A stretch of 43,263 bases of DNA from Octopus bimaculoides. Lineage: Eukaryota. A program made the position numbers and the translations under genes. The stretch covers positions 20,393,112 to 20,436,374 of the forward strand of contig NC_068988.1 of assembly GCF_001194135.2 (NCBI RefSeq), given 5' to 3'. Positions 23,680 to 35,763 of the stretch are shown here, piece by piece (position 1 is the first letter of the stretch; the number at the start of each line of letters is the position of its first letter). Under the pieces are notes generated by a model that searched no databases, was not told the DNA's origin, and saw only the letters and a list, made by a program, of their open reading frames with translations.

Positions 23680-24202
23680 TAGGATCCAGTTAGCTGAAGA
23701 CATCATCAGGAGGAACCACGTCCGGTTTCGGCCCCTATTCCTCTACCGTTTTGACGTGGCGGGGCCCCCCCTTNNNNNNNNNNNNNNNNNNNNNNNNNNN
23801 NNNNNNNNNNNNNNNNNNNNNNNNNNNNNNNNNNNNNNNNNNNNNNNNNNNNNNNNNNNNNNNNNNNNNNNNNNNNNNNNNNNNNNNNNNNNNNNNNNCT
23901 GGTATTGGGTGCATGTCTTCTTTCACTGTTTGTGATTGTTCTAATTCAACTGTGGAATGTCCCTCGCTATGGTTATTTTCCAGGAGGTTCTGGCCACACG
24001 TCTTACGGTTCATCAACCCGCGTTGTTGACTTACTTTCTTCTGACATACTTTCCCTTGGTGGATTAGGATCCAGTTAGCTCAAGACATCATCAGGAGGAA
24101 CCACGACCGGTTTCGGCCCCTATTCCTCTACCGTTTTGACGTGGCGGGGCCCCCCCTTTCGAAGGTGTCTTCAGCTCTTGTGTTGGGTGCATGTCTTCTT
24201 TC
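23680..24202 (-). repeat. Two direct copies of a 94-bp GC-rich structured unit; probable non-LTR retroelement derivative
   Basis: 23680-23773 vs 24065-24158: 92/94 identical. A second shared block TTGGGTGCATGTCTTCTTTC lies at 23905 and 24183. Confidence 0.85.
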
Positions 24203-24388
24203 TTCTATTCCTTCTAGCACAACCTGAACCTCACATCAGATTTATAAGTGAAAGCTAGAAGAAGAAATCTGGGTGTCAGTCAATATCTACTTCCACTCTA
24301 CCAACTATTTCTTGTAAAACGTTATCACTCTCATCTGTTGTAAGCATTCCGACAAGTCTGTTGTCCAGAAATCTTTCGTCATGAATTT

Positions 24389-24547
24389 GTGGCTGTGTGG
24401 TAAGTAGCTTGCGTACAAACCACATGGTTCCGGGTTCATTACCACTGCGTGGCATCTTGGGCAAGTGTCTTCTACTATAGCCTCGGGCCGACCAAAGTCT
24501 TGTGAGCGGAGTGGATTTGGTAGATGGAAACTAAAAGAAGCCCGTTG

Positions 24548-24550
<3 letters not shown>
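24389..24550 (+). mobile_element. SINE family A, 5' half (rest lost in gap)
   Basis: GTGGCTGTGTGGTAAGTAGCTTGC...CTTGGGCAAGTGTCTTCTACTATAGCCTCGGGCCGACC...AAAGAAGCCCGT. Confidence 0.9.
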
Positions 24551-24610
<60 letters not shown>

Positions 24611-24919
24611 NNNNNNNNNNNNNNNNNNNNNNNNNNNNNNNNNNNNNNNNNNNNNNNNNNNNNNNNNNNNNNNNNNNNNNNNNNNNNNNNNNNNNNNNNN
24701 NNNNNNNNNNNNNNNNNNNNNNNNNNNNNNNNNNNNNNNNNNNNNNNNNNNNNNNNNNNNNNNNNNNNNNNNNNNNNNNNNNNNNNNNNNNNNNNNNNNN
24801 NNNNNNNNNNNNNNNNNNNNNNNNNNNNNNNNNNNNNNNNNNNNNNNNNNNNNNNNNNNNNNNNNNNNNNNNNNNNNNNNNNNNNNNNNNNNNNNNNNNN
24901 NNNNNNNNNNTATATATAC

Positions 24920-24963
<44 letters not shown>

Positions 24964-26467
24964 TAAAAGAAGAGTCAGTCAAACTCATTTCAGTCCAATT
25001 TTGGGATGTAATCAACAACTGAGCATATTCTTTTTCTCTCTACAGAAACATTGCTGGTGAAGCCTCGACAACAAAGTACTTAGTAATCTGATAGCCCGAT
25101 TTGCATATATGACGCATTCTTCAGAATTAATTTGATTAATGTATTCGGTGTACTTTAACAATGTTTTGATTTAATGCCATCTATATTATAAAACTAGAAC
25201 TATAGATACATAGAGAACCCTATGTATGTATAGAAAGATGTAAATAACTTATATTTCTATACAATATTTTCGCGGGCCAAGTGAGAGAGAGAGAGTGGGG
25301 CAGACAGATAGAGAGGGAGAGAGTAAAGAAAGTAAGGAACAAATAAGAAGGAAAGAAACAGTGAGGGGTGAGCCAGATTTAACAAAGCAATGTTAACGCA
25401 CCAGTAATATATTATTTATGTACAGTCTACAAAGATATCCCCTACATTTGCGGCTAAGTATATTATATGTGGCTCTGATTCCACTGTATTTCATTATTTA
25501 TAATTTTCCGTCAGAAGTTCGCTTCATTATTCTTCTTATAATACTTATTTATTTATTTATATGTTTATTTCTGGCGCCAGACGCTTCTTTCTGCACATTT
25601 TGCGAACATCAGAGAGCTTATCCCATTGACTTATTTTGATTTAACACCATAGACTTCAGCAGCTAGAATACCCGTTCTCCAACCACCAGCCCAATAACTC
25701 ACCTACTGTTATGTTTGCACAACTACGATTCCTAAGCTTTAACTAGAGCCTACTTCCATTGTCCAAAAATACCGGAAGTGAATCATTCGGCAATGGATAA
25801 ATAAAGAGAACTATCTTGATAAATGTGTTTCACCGCCCGTTTCTCAGTTTGTGCATGTATACTTTATTACTTCTCTATGTATATCTATGCATAGATCTCC
25901 GTATAACTGTTATGAATGCATGTTGTCTACTTGTTCTATGCCTGCATGTGCGCTAAGTACGTTATGTGCGCTTTCGTTTGCATCTGTAAATTTTATGTGT
26001 ACAGACGTTCCTGTATTTATGTGTCCTTAATTTAGTGTGTATGTTTGGATTTTATGCACGTAGTACTTTCTATGTGTACATTTGAATTTGTATATCTGCG
26101 TAAATTTTTTTTTTTTTTTTTTTTTTGTAACTACCAGGATTTGCATGAGTGTATATGCGTAGTTTACCACAGTGGTCATTTGCATATATGCATGAGTTTA
26201 ACATTTGTATGTATGTTTGTATTTCTCTGTATTAATCAATGCGTATATTCATGGATATGTATAAACATTCTATGTGCGTACTCTTATGCATATATATATA
26301 TATATGGAAGTGCGAGCATTTGTGTAAATATTGTGTATGCGATTTCTTCTATGAGTGTATCTGTGCATGTGTTTATAAGTGTAGGTATACTTTATAATCC
26401 TTTGCATTTGTCGAGCGTTTTTGGTATATATATACACACACATACACACAGAAAGAGAGAAATAAAA

Positions 26468-26527
<60 letters not shown>

Positions 26528-29034
26528 GCAGTCTTATATATATTTTATGTGCCTTTGTATTTAAAGCGTTTCCATCTAGATAATACTATGCATCCATGTA
26601 ATGTGTATGTATTCCTGTGTACATGCGTAGTTATACGTGTTATATCCATGTGTGTACAAATGTGTGTGCTTGTGCATGATGGCCGTGTGTGTGTGTCTGT
26701 AGTTCATTCAACTTGCTAGTTTGTGTGTGAGCTTGACTACGTTTGTCTGTTTATGTATGTCTACTAAGTGATAACGCATAGTTATGTGTGTATATGCGCG
26801 CATAATGATGGTGTGAACTTTATACATGTCAAACTATTCGTACATAGCCTACTCCATATCAATATGAGTGTGTATATATATATANNNNNNNNNNNNNNNN
26901 NNNNNNNNNNNNNNNNNNNNNNNNNNNNNNNNNNNNNNNNNNNNNNNNNNNNNNNNNNNNNNNNNNNNNNNNNNNNNNNNNNNNNNNNNNNNNNNNNNNN
27001 NNNNNNNNNNNNNNNNNNNNNNNNNNNNNNNNNNNNNNNNNNNNNNNNNNNNNNNNNNNNNNNNNNNNNNNNNNNNNNNNNNNNNNNNNNNNNNNNNNNN
27101 NNNNNNNNNNNNNNNNNNNNNNNNNNNNNNNNNNNNNNNNNNNNNNNNNNNNNNNNNNNNNNNNNNNNNNNNNNNNNNNNNNNNNNNNNNNNNNNNNNNN
27201 NNNNNNNNNNNNNNNNNNNNNNNNNNNNNNNNNNNNNNNNNNNNNNNNNNNNNNNNNNNNNNNNNNNNNNNNNNNNNNNNNNNNNNNNNNNNNNNNNNNN
27301 NNNNNNNNNNNNNNNNNNNNNNNNNNNNNNNNNNNNNNNNNNNNNNNNNNNNNNNNNNNNNNNNNNNNNNNNNNNNNNNNNNNNNNNNNNNNNNNNNNNN
27401 NNNNNNNNNNNNNNNNNNNNNNNNNNNNNNNNNNNNNNNNNNNNNNNNNNNNNNNNNNNNNNNNNNNNNNNNNNNNNNNNNNNNNNNNNNNNNNNNNNNN
27501 NNNNNNNNNNNNNNNNNNNNNNNNNNNNNNNNNNNNNNNNNNNNNNNNNNNNNNNNNNNNNNNNNNNNNNNNACATATAAATAAATTTTATATGTTCATG
27601 TATGTGTGTGTCTGCGTTTCTACTATATTTAACAGAAGGAGTAGACCAACCACATCAACAAAGAACGGAATAATAGAGAAACCATAAATTTATATCGGAA
27701 CCTTTTAACATTCTAAAAGGACCAATCACCATTCTCTTTTGTTTTTGGATTGAATTCCTCTTCTTTGTCTTTCTTTTGTTTCATTTCGGTTTTGAAGAAC
27801 TTTTACGATTTGGCTTGTTTGGCGATACAAAAATACCACTCTTAGATAAAATACGTACGCAAACACAAAACACGCACACACACACACACACACGCATGCA
27901 CACACACATGCATACACACACACTCATGCATACACATATAATGTTTGTATACATATGTACGCTTAAAACACTAATACACGCATACGTTCTCAACGAATTC
28001 CCATAAACATTGAATCAACGCTGATCACAATTGTTTATATTTATGCATACTTGTAAATGTGTCTCTGCGTGTGTGTGCATGAGATTGCGTGTATATGCAT
28101 AGTAATGCGTGTGTTTGTGTGGATGTGTGTGGGTGTGTATATGCGTGCGTGTGTACGTGTACGTGTGTGTGTGTGTGTGTGTATGTGTTTACTCGCTTGC
28201 AGCGCCATACAAACACCCTCTCGCTCACACGAACACACATATACACACATGCATACACTTAAATACATTGCAAATTCTACACGAAAAGCACTTAAAATAC
28301 GACAACGAATACACACGTACGCACACGCACACATACACACACATACACACATACACACACATTCACATAGGCATTAATTTCGACATCACATCAATAATAT
28401 AAAACCTCATACGAAGCTGAATCAATGCAATACACATTTAGAGATACATCCACTGATAAACACATGTGTACATATACACACACAAATACACACACACACG
28501 CATACACACACAGGCATGCATATACCACACATACATACATACATACATACATACAAAGAAATGCATACATACACTGAAATACGTATATCTCGAATTCTCT
28601 GTGTTTTCTCAATGTCGAGGAGGTTTTCAATGTTTCTTCCGAGATGTTACTGATGTTTCGGTTTTTCATTCCTATTCTTTCCGATACTTGACGTGACTCA
28701 TTGGACATGGAATCGACACACAGACCGTTTGGAGATGATATTTGTTCCAGAAGTCTTTGTGCAATTTTTCCTCTCTTCCGTTCGTTTTTACTTCAGTATA
28801 TATATATCTATAGTGGTAGTTGTGTGTACATGTATGTATGTATGTATGTATGCATATATATATGTATGTGTGTGTTTTATATGTGTGTGTTTGTGCATTT
28901 CTCTCTGTGTGGGTGGGGGTATTTATATATAATTCTTAAACAAGAATATTGTTGAAATTGTTACTGTCAATAATATTCGTGTTTAAGAATAATAATCTAT
29001 CCTCTACAAACGTATAGAGTATCCACCCCACCAC

Positions 29035-29120
29035 ACACATACATACATACATACATACATACATACATACATACATACATACATACATACATAGCTACAT
29101 ACATACATACATACATACAT
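29035..29120. repeat. (CATA)n microsatellite
   Basis: Read directly; another (CATA)n tract at 30060-30165. Confidence 0.95.
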
Positions 29121-29790
29121 ACTTGGTCTCGGCATATATCTAAATCTTGTACGACTCTCTTATTCTTTCGTTCTTTCTTTCTATCAGCCCCTTCACACTT
29201 ACTTCGTTCTTTCCACTCTTCTTTCTTTCGTTCCCCCTCTCTCACATTTCCTGGCTTTCTCTTCATTCTCACCTTCCCTCTTCTTTCACTTCACTCTCTC
29301 CCTTTTTTTCTCATCCCTCCCTAATTCTTCTGTCCCTCTGCCTCTATCTCTCTTCTCTCTCCCCACGTGACCGGTGATCGGCCATGCCTGACCTTTCTTT
29401 CTTGGTTAGACTACCATCCGTGCAACATCTATATTCCTCCCCAAGCCTGTCATCTTTTATGTCCCTGCCGTAAGGCTTCACTTTCACACACGCCAGCTTA
29501 ATTTAATTCGTTCTTAGTCGAAAGACACCTGTTGTTATGTCCTGTTATTTGTATTTGCATTTGTGTACCATTTCTCCGTTTCTTTTTTTTTTTCGTCTTT
29601 GTTTTCGTATACATTCGCTGCTTTCTTCCAAGGAATCTAATGTTCTTAGCTTAGTTTTTCCTTGGGGCTTGCCAGATTGGAGCAATCTCGAGTATAACCA
29701 GCCGAAATTGCAAAGATAATCTGGAACTCGACTGAGGAAAGAAAACTTCGAATGACCCGTCCTTGTTTTCTGGCATTTTGGATCGACGTT

Positions 29791-29952
29791 AAGCCGCTGC
29801 CGCCTTGTTTGTTTTAGGTAGAGGCGGTCTACATCACTGTTTATGTGGAAATTGTGTGTGCTTCGGATCTCATCAAGCGTCCAGTCAAGCAGTCCAAATG
29901 TTGATATGAGTACTGGTACTGTAGACATATTGCGGGCCACTGTTTTATCAAA
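29791..29952 (-). mobile_element. R4/Dong-clade LINE reverse-transcriptase fragment
   Basis: VPVLISTFGLLDWTLDEIRS-THNFHINSDVDRLYLK, then GGSGL after a 1-nt shift, matches the R4/Dong post-RT signature P.L.YSFG...WT..E...DR..RK.L....FH..SDVDRLY.....GGRGL. The DRKTRK segment is deleted. Confidence 0.8.
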
Positions 29953-31171
29953 TGCAGAGTTCTGAGATTCAAATTTTCTTTACGTATGTATGTACGTATA
30001 TATATATGTATATATGTATGTATGTACACACGTACGTTTCTATACGTATGTTCGTATATATACATGCATACATACATACATGAATACATACATACATACA
30101 TACATGCATACATACATACATACATACATACATACATACATACATACATACATACATACGTACGTACGGGTGTCAATATATAACGACGTTTCTATATCGA
30201 GTGATAATTCGATTTCCGCCATCCATATTTGATATGTGAAAACTCTAGATTTGTGTAACTGCTGAATATTTCAATTTTACTGTATTTTAATATATTCTAT
30301 CATATTTCATTTTATTTATAACTCTTTTTTTTTTTTATTTGCTGTTCTCATATTCTTTCTGTTCATTGCTAATTCTTTTGCAGGATAAAATATCTTCTTA
30401 TATTCTGAATGGTTTATTTCATTGCCATCTTCATCCATGTATAAATACATTCATACGTACTCACATACATGTGTGTGTGTGCGTGTGTGCGTGCGTGTAT
30501 CCAGTTGTATACAAATGAAAGAACTTACGAACACACAGTCCCTTGACTTACGGGATCATACTTTTTATACATAGCTCCGACTTGTCGCTACGAATATATG
30601 ATGAGATCGATTTTTAAGCTGTGCATGTCATTCTCTGAATGTCGAATCGTATTTTATTGCCGTTAATCCACCGAGAGATTACACAATATGTTGAGTCAAA
30701 TGCTTCTAAAGTAACTTAGGTGATGGGAATAAATATGTGAAGAAAGGAGTAAATAAATAAATCAATGGATAAATAAATAAATAAATGGACTCTGCTTCAA
30801 ATCCTTAAAAATCAAGCCTGAATCCATTTGTTTAAATCTCCCCCGGCGGTTTCTGTTCAATCATTTGTTATTCCAACGTTTGTTGTTATTGCTCTAGTTG
30901 TTGTTTTGTTATTGTTGTTTATATTGCTAATGTTGTCGTTGTTTTAACTCCAGGTTGATTTCGAATCAGTATAACCAGGCTGCTTTTTTCAAGACGCCAT
31001 TCTATGATTAGGGGTAATTTAACTCCTATCTCTAATAGGGCAACTGACCATATAAAACCTAATTCATTTACGGTGATTGTGATTGCTCATATTCCTGGTG
31101 TAGTTGTCGAACCACAAGTCGGTCAGACATACAACCAAACACACATACAATGAAAGACATTGCAAGCGTGC

Positions 31172-31470
31172 TTATCAACCTCCGCCTCAGCGAAAGCGGA
31201 GGAATTGTTTTCAGTTGTGTTTGTTTGTTCATGAACAAGATATCTTAAGAACGCTGGATGGACTCAGATGAAACTTTCAGGGATGTTTGGCCTCGTGAGC
31301 GGCAGGAACTGATTAGATTTTGGGATCGATCCGGTACCGGACAAGGATTCTGGATTATTTTTCGGGGTTTTATTTTTGTTTCCTTTTTTTACTTAATTTT
31401 TGAGTGCGTTCGGGTTCATTTTTAGTATTCTCATTTATGAGAGCAGTCGGGTTTATTTCAGATATTGTTT
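31172..31470 (+). mobile_element. Helentron/HINE (DINE-1-like) non-autonomous fragment
   Basis: Terminal hairpin CCTCCGC-N10-GCGGAGG (31179-31202), then TTGTTTTCAG, (TGTT)n, GATATCT, GATGAAACTTTCAGG and GATTAGATTTTGGGATCGATCCGG, the motif order I associate with HINEs. Single copy in the window. Confidence 0.55.
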
Positions 31471-31799
31471 TCTGCTCTAGGCGTAAGGGTCGGCGGAAAC
31501 GTTGGAAAGGATGACGGAAACCAATACGATGGACGAGGTGGTTATGCATGAAAGGCGAAAATGTTTCAGTGATGGATATCATGAACAATATGAACATTTG
31601 TAAGGGGCTTGTTGCCTCATATATGAGAACAATGTTTTCGGGGATCAAGCAATCGGAGGGCGTTGCTGTTTCCCCCCATTTATTCATTATTATCACTTTC
31701 ATTACACATACCATTATGTCTTTGTCCAGCCCGCAGCTTCTTTCTTTTTCCCTTTACTTCTATGTAAGGCCGTCATGGCCAATAAAATGAAATAAAGAA

Positions 31800-32246
31800 G
31801 CTTCCCTCCCAACCACATGGTTCCGGGTTCAGTCCCACTGAGTGCACCTTGGGCAAGTGTTATCTACTCTAGCCTCGGGCTGACCAAAGCCTTGTGAGTG
31901 GATTTGGTTGAAGGAAACTTAAAGAAGCCCATTGNNNNNNNNNNNNNNNNNNNNNNNNNNNNNNNNNNNNNNNNNNNNNNNNNNNNNNNNNNNNNNNNNN
32001 NNNNNNNNNNNNNNNNNNNNNNNNNNNNNNNNNNNNNNNNNNNNNNNNNNNNNNNNNNNNNNNNNNNNNNNNNNNNNNNNNNNNNNNNNNNNNNNNNNNN
32101 NNNNNNNNTATATATATATATATATATTTGTGTGTCTGTGTTTGTCCCACCCACCATCGCTTGACAACCAATATTGTTGTTTACGTCCACGTAACGTAGC
32201 GGTTCGGCAAAAGAGACCCATAGGATAAGTATTAGGCTTACAAAGG
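31800..32246 (+). mobile_element. SINE family A, partial, spanning a gap
   Basis: B box GGGTTCAGTCCC, CCTTGGGCAAGTGT and GTGAGTGGATTTGG; after the gap CATCGCTTGACAACC...GCGGTTCGGCAAAAGAGAC. Confidence 0.88.
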
Positions 32247-32700
32247 CTTACGATATTTGTTTCAACACACGGTTTCACATTGGGAATCTTGCAAAACAAA
32301 AATATAATCGGAAAGACGAATTTTATAATGTATTCCTAGATGCTTCGAACAATTATGGTATTGTCAAAGTGTAACCATCAGCTGCAGCGTCATAGATTCC
32401 TATTGAGCTTTTGGTTTCGTTTTCTGGTAAAAAGTCCTTTTTTTAGAAAGAAGTGTGTCATGGTGTCTCGTTTTGTTTTTGTCCCCATAAATCTGAGTAT
32501 TATAGCTATACATTATACTTCATCACTACAACCACGACCATCCTTCTCCTACTTCTCTTATTTCTTCTCTCCTTTTTCTCCTTATCCTCCTCATCTTCAT
32601 AATCAACTTGTTTATCATTATCATCGTCAACTTATCTACCACCACCACTTCGTGATCATTATCATTATTTATCTGGATCGTTAGTCTATACTATGAACTC

Positions 32701-32835
32701 CAGTAATTGGCTAGGACTTATTTTACCAATCCAAAAAGGATAAAAATAAAGTTGACCTTGCAGAGATTTGAACTCAGAACGTAAAGAGCCGCAAAAATAA
32801 CATAACTTAGTTTATCCGCTGCTGTAATGATTCTC
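32701..32835 (-). mobile_element. Degenerate SINE B fragment
   Basis: AAAGTTGACCTTGCAGAGATTTGAACTCAGAACGTAAAG resembles AAAGTCGACCTCGGCGGAATTTGAACTCAGAACGTAAAG at 38828. Confidence 0.7.
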
Positions 32836-33920
32836 CTTGGAGAGACAATAATTTTCCCAGCGATATTGTCACTCTTGTATGAATGTTTTATTTGTTATTG
32901 TGTTGGTCGACGGTAAGGTGGAAATTAGTTAACGTTTTATTCACGTGTTCGAATTCCTATTGGCATCATCTTATCTATATTCAAACTTGAGAATTCTAAA
33001 ACTTAAGTAGTTTTATTCTAATTATTATACGTGATAACACGCTCGTGGAATGATATTAGGATCTAGTTTATAACCAATTTCTTTCAACAATAATCAAAAA
33101 GTTTTTATTAAAAGCTACACTGAACCAAAGAAGTGAAATACATTTTATGAATTTCGACGTTCATGTATCGACCGTGTACTGGTACATCCGTTTGCCTACC
33201 CCTATACTGTCAACAAACGAACATCGAAAACAAACAAACAGGTTGGTGTACAAGCGCCCGGATGGCAAGTTACCTGGTGTCTAACTACTATGCCGTATGT
33301 ACAGTATTCGCGAAACGGTTCGATCTGTCAGCACTAGAAGCATCTCCTGACAAAACGTCTATTCTGCTTCATACTATAAATTCTCTTCAATAAAGATAAC
33401 GTTTGTTAATCTCCTCCATAGCGGATTCCCTTTTAACAGAGATGATACTGAATAATTAATTTTAGGAAGGATCCAGCGCGTTTTCTATTCCCATGCTGAA
33501 ATCCCTTATGGTATAACAATTTCTAAGATCCATCCGTCTTGAATTCCCCGGGGCCTTTCTTAAGCTGTCCATGAATTAATATATTTTCTTGGTTACTAAA
33601 TGAGTATTCTCTCTTTCACATTATACTCAGCATTCTGTTCTCCCAGAATTTAAAATTTGAACATGCAATTCTTCATTATTTACTACACATTTCTCAAATA
33701 ACTAATTTACTATCGAACAAAATATCTGACAATGTAACCAGGAACATGTTTTAAAATGTCATTCATTTTCTTATAAATGTATCTGTAGTCTTATATAATA
33801 ATAAAATATTTCTATGTTAATCGTATCAGCAAATGTTATCGAATAGTGCACACCTGCAAATGCTGTTGGAATTAATAAATTATTCTACTGTCGAGTTTGT
33901 TATAACACTTTTAGTCAATA

Positions 33921-33955
<35 letters not shown>

Positions 33956-34933
33956 NNNNNNNNNNNNNNNNNNNNNNNNNNNNNNNNNNNNNNNNNNNNN
34001 NNNNNNNNNNNNNNNNNNNNNNNNNNNNNNNNNNNNNNNNNNNNNNNNNNNNNNNNNNNNNNNNNNNNNNNNNNNNNNNNNNNNNNNNNNNNNNNNNNNN
34101 NNNNNNNNNNNNNNNNNNNNNNNNNNNNNNNNNNNNNNNNNNNNNNNNNNNNNNNNNNNNNNNNNNNNNNNNNGAGAGGGAGGGAGAGGGAGGGAGAGGG
34201 AGAGAGAGAGAAAAAGCAATCTATATATCTTGCTTAACTTGGATATTCTTTAAGAACGCCATAAAACTGCGGTGTTGATTTTTAGAATACACTTCATATA
34301 CAAGTATAGAGCTAAAAAAACACAGAAGTATGAGTAATGGAATAAAAATGACAAGTAATGGTGACGGAACAGCTACACCACGTGAATTCTACGTATGTCC
34401 CTGTCATCACCAACAGTTATCTACTGTCACCGCACGCTAACCAAGTTTGGTCTCTAGCGATATATAGAAAAACAGTTACTAATCAGTCACTGGTGTCTCA
34501 AATAGCTGGATAAAAATTAGTCATCAGCGTTGCAAGTAGTGTAAGAACCGAATTGCAATCTGTATATTCTACTAAACGTTGATGCAAAAAGGTTATAATT
34601 CTGAAGTAATCGTCTTACAACAGGAATCTGTATTTATCTATTTCGATGTAAGTAGTATTGAGTAAACACAACTGATGAGATGGAATTGCCGGTGAAACTA
34701 ACTAATTAAGTTATTTTTCAAGTTTTAGAGGAGTCATGGTGGTTTATACACAGAGTTTCTATGCATGATGAGAATAACTGCATGATTGTTTAGAATGTAC
34801 TTGTTCATTTATTCAGAAAATTGGTAACAAGCATGCGATTTTGTATAATCCAAAGTTCTAAAAAGTAACCATAGTCTCTCAAGATCGAAAAATTGCTTTT
34901 CTCATGCCTCCACATATCCGGTCAATATATACA

Positions 34934-34989
<56 letters not shown>

Positions 34990-35091
34990 TACACATATAC
35001 ATATACATGTACATATAGATATACATATACAGATATATATATACATGTATGTATGTATATATATATATATATATCTGTATATGTATATCTA

Positions 35092-35142
<51 letters not shown>

Positions 35143-35416
35143 CATACACAAATAAGAGGAATGACCAGCAAAAGTGGACTCCTATATGCTAGAAATAGAT
35201 GCCGAATCATTTAACCACGAAGAATATGTTCTCGGTAAAATTTCAGCGAGACGACAGACTGTAAAAGGGCAAGACAAATGAAAAAAATACTAAATAAAAA
35301 AACGATTAACATACGTACCAATGGTTTCACCTGTTAATACTTACATAAGTAAATATCTGCAGGATCATCAGCGTAGTCTGTCGATTTATAAAATATAATT
35401 TCCAGAACTAGACAAA

Positions 35417-35465
35417 GAACCCGGAACCATGTGGTTGGTAAGCAAGCTACTTAGCACACAGCCAC
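35417..35465 (-). mobile_element. SINE A head fragment
   Basis: GAACCCGGAACCATGTGGTTGGTAAGCAAGCTACTTAGCACACAGCCAC. Confidence 0.85.
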
Positions 35466-35684
35466 AACCCCTTCCCCATTCTTATTAGTTAGTCACGTCC
35501 TTCCAGGTCTTTCTTTTGCTTTCTTTATTCTTACTTCTACCTGTTCTTATATTTCTTTCGGTCTTTGTCAGTATCACCGTTCCTCTTATCCTTTTCTCAC
35601 CCCCTTCTCTTTCACCTCTCGTCCTGCTTCTCTTTCATTTGTCTGTCTCTATCACCCTGTCTCTCTTGTGCTCTGTCTGCCTGT

Positions 35685-35687
35685 CTC

Positions 35688-35762
<75 letters not shown>
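35685..35762. repeat. (CT)n microsatellite
   Basis: Read directly. Confidence 0.95.

Positions 35763-35763
<1 letters not shown>

Noticed and set aside
24276-24464. ORF MPKMPRSGNEPGTMW...IHDERFLDNRLVGML
   Set aside because: The first half is antisense SINE A and the remainder is short with no family match.
26105-26127. Poly-T run as a possible retro-insertion tail
   Set aside because: No recognisable element body or TSD next to it.
31548-31790. SGIKQSEGVAVSPHLFIII resembling the RT motif G..QG..LSP.LF
   Set aside because: Spacing is wrong and there are no other RT motifs nearby.
34670-34715. CTGATGAG...GAAAC...GTT
   Set aside because: Helices I and II do not pair; treated as chance.
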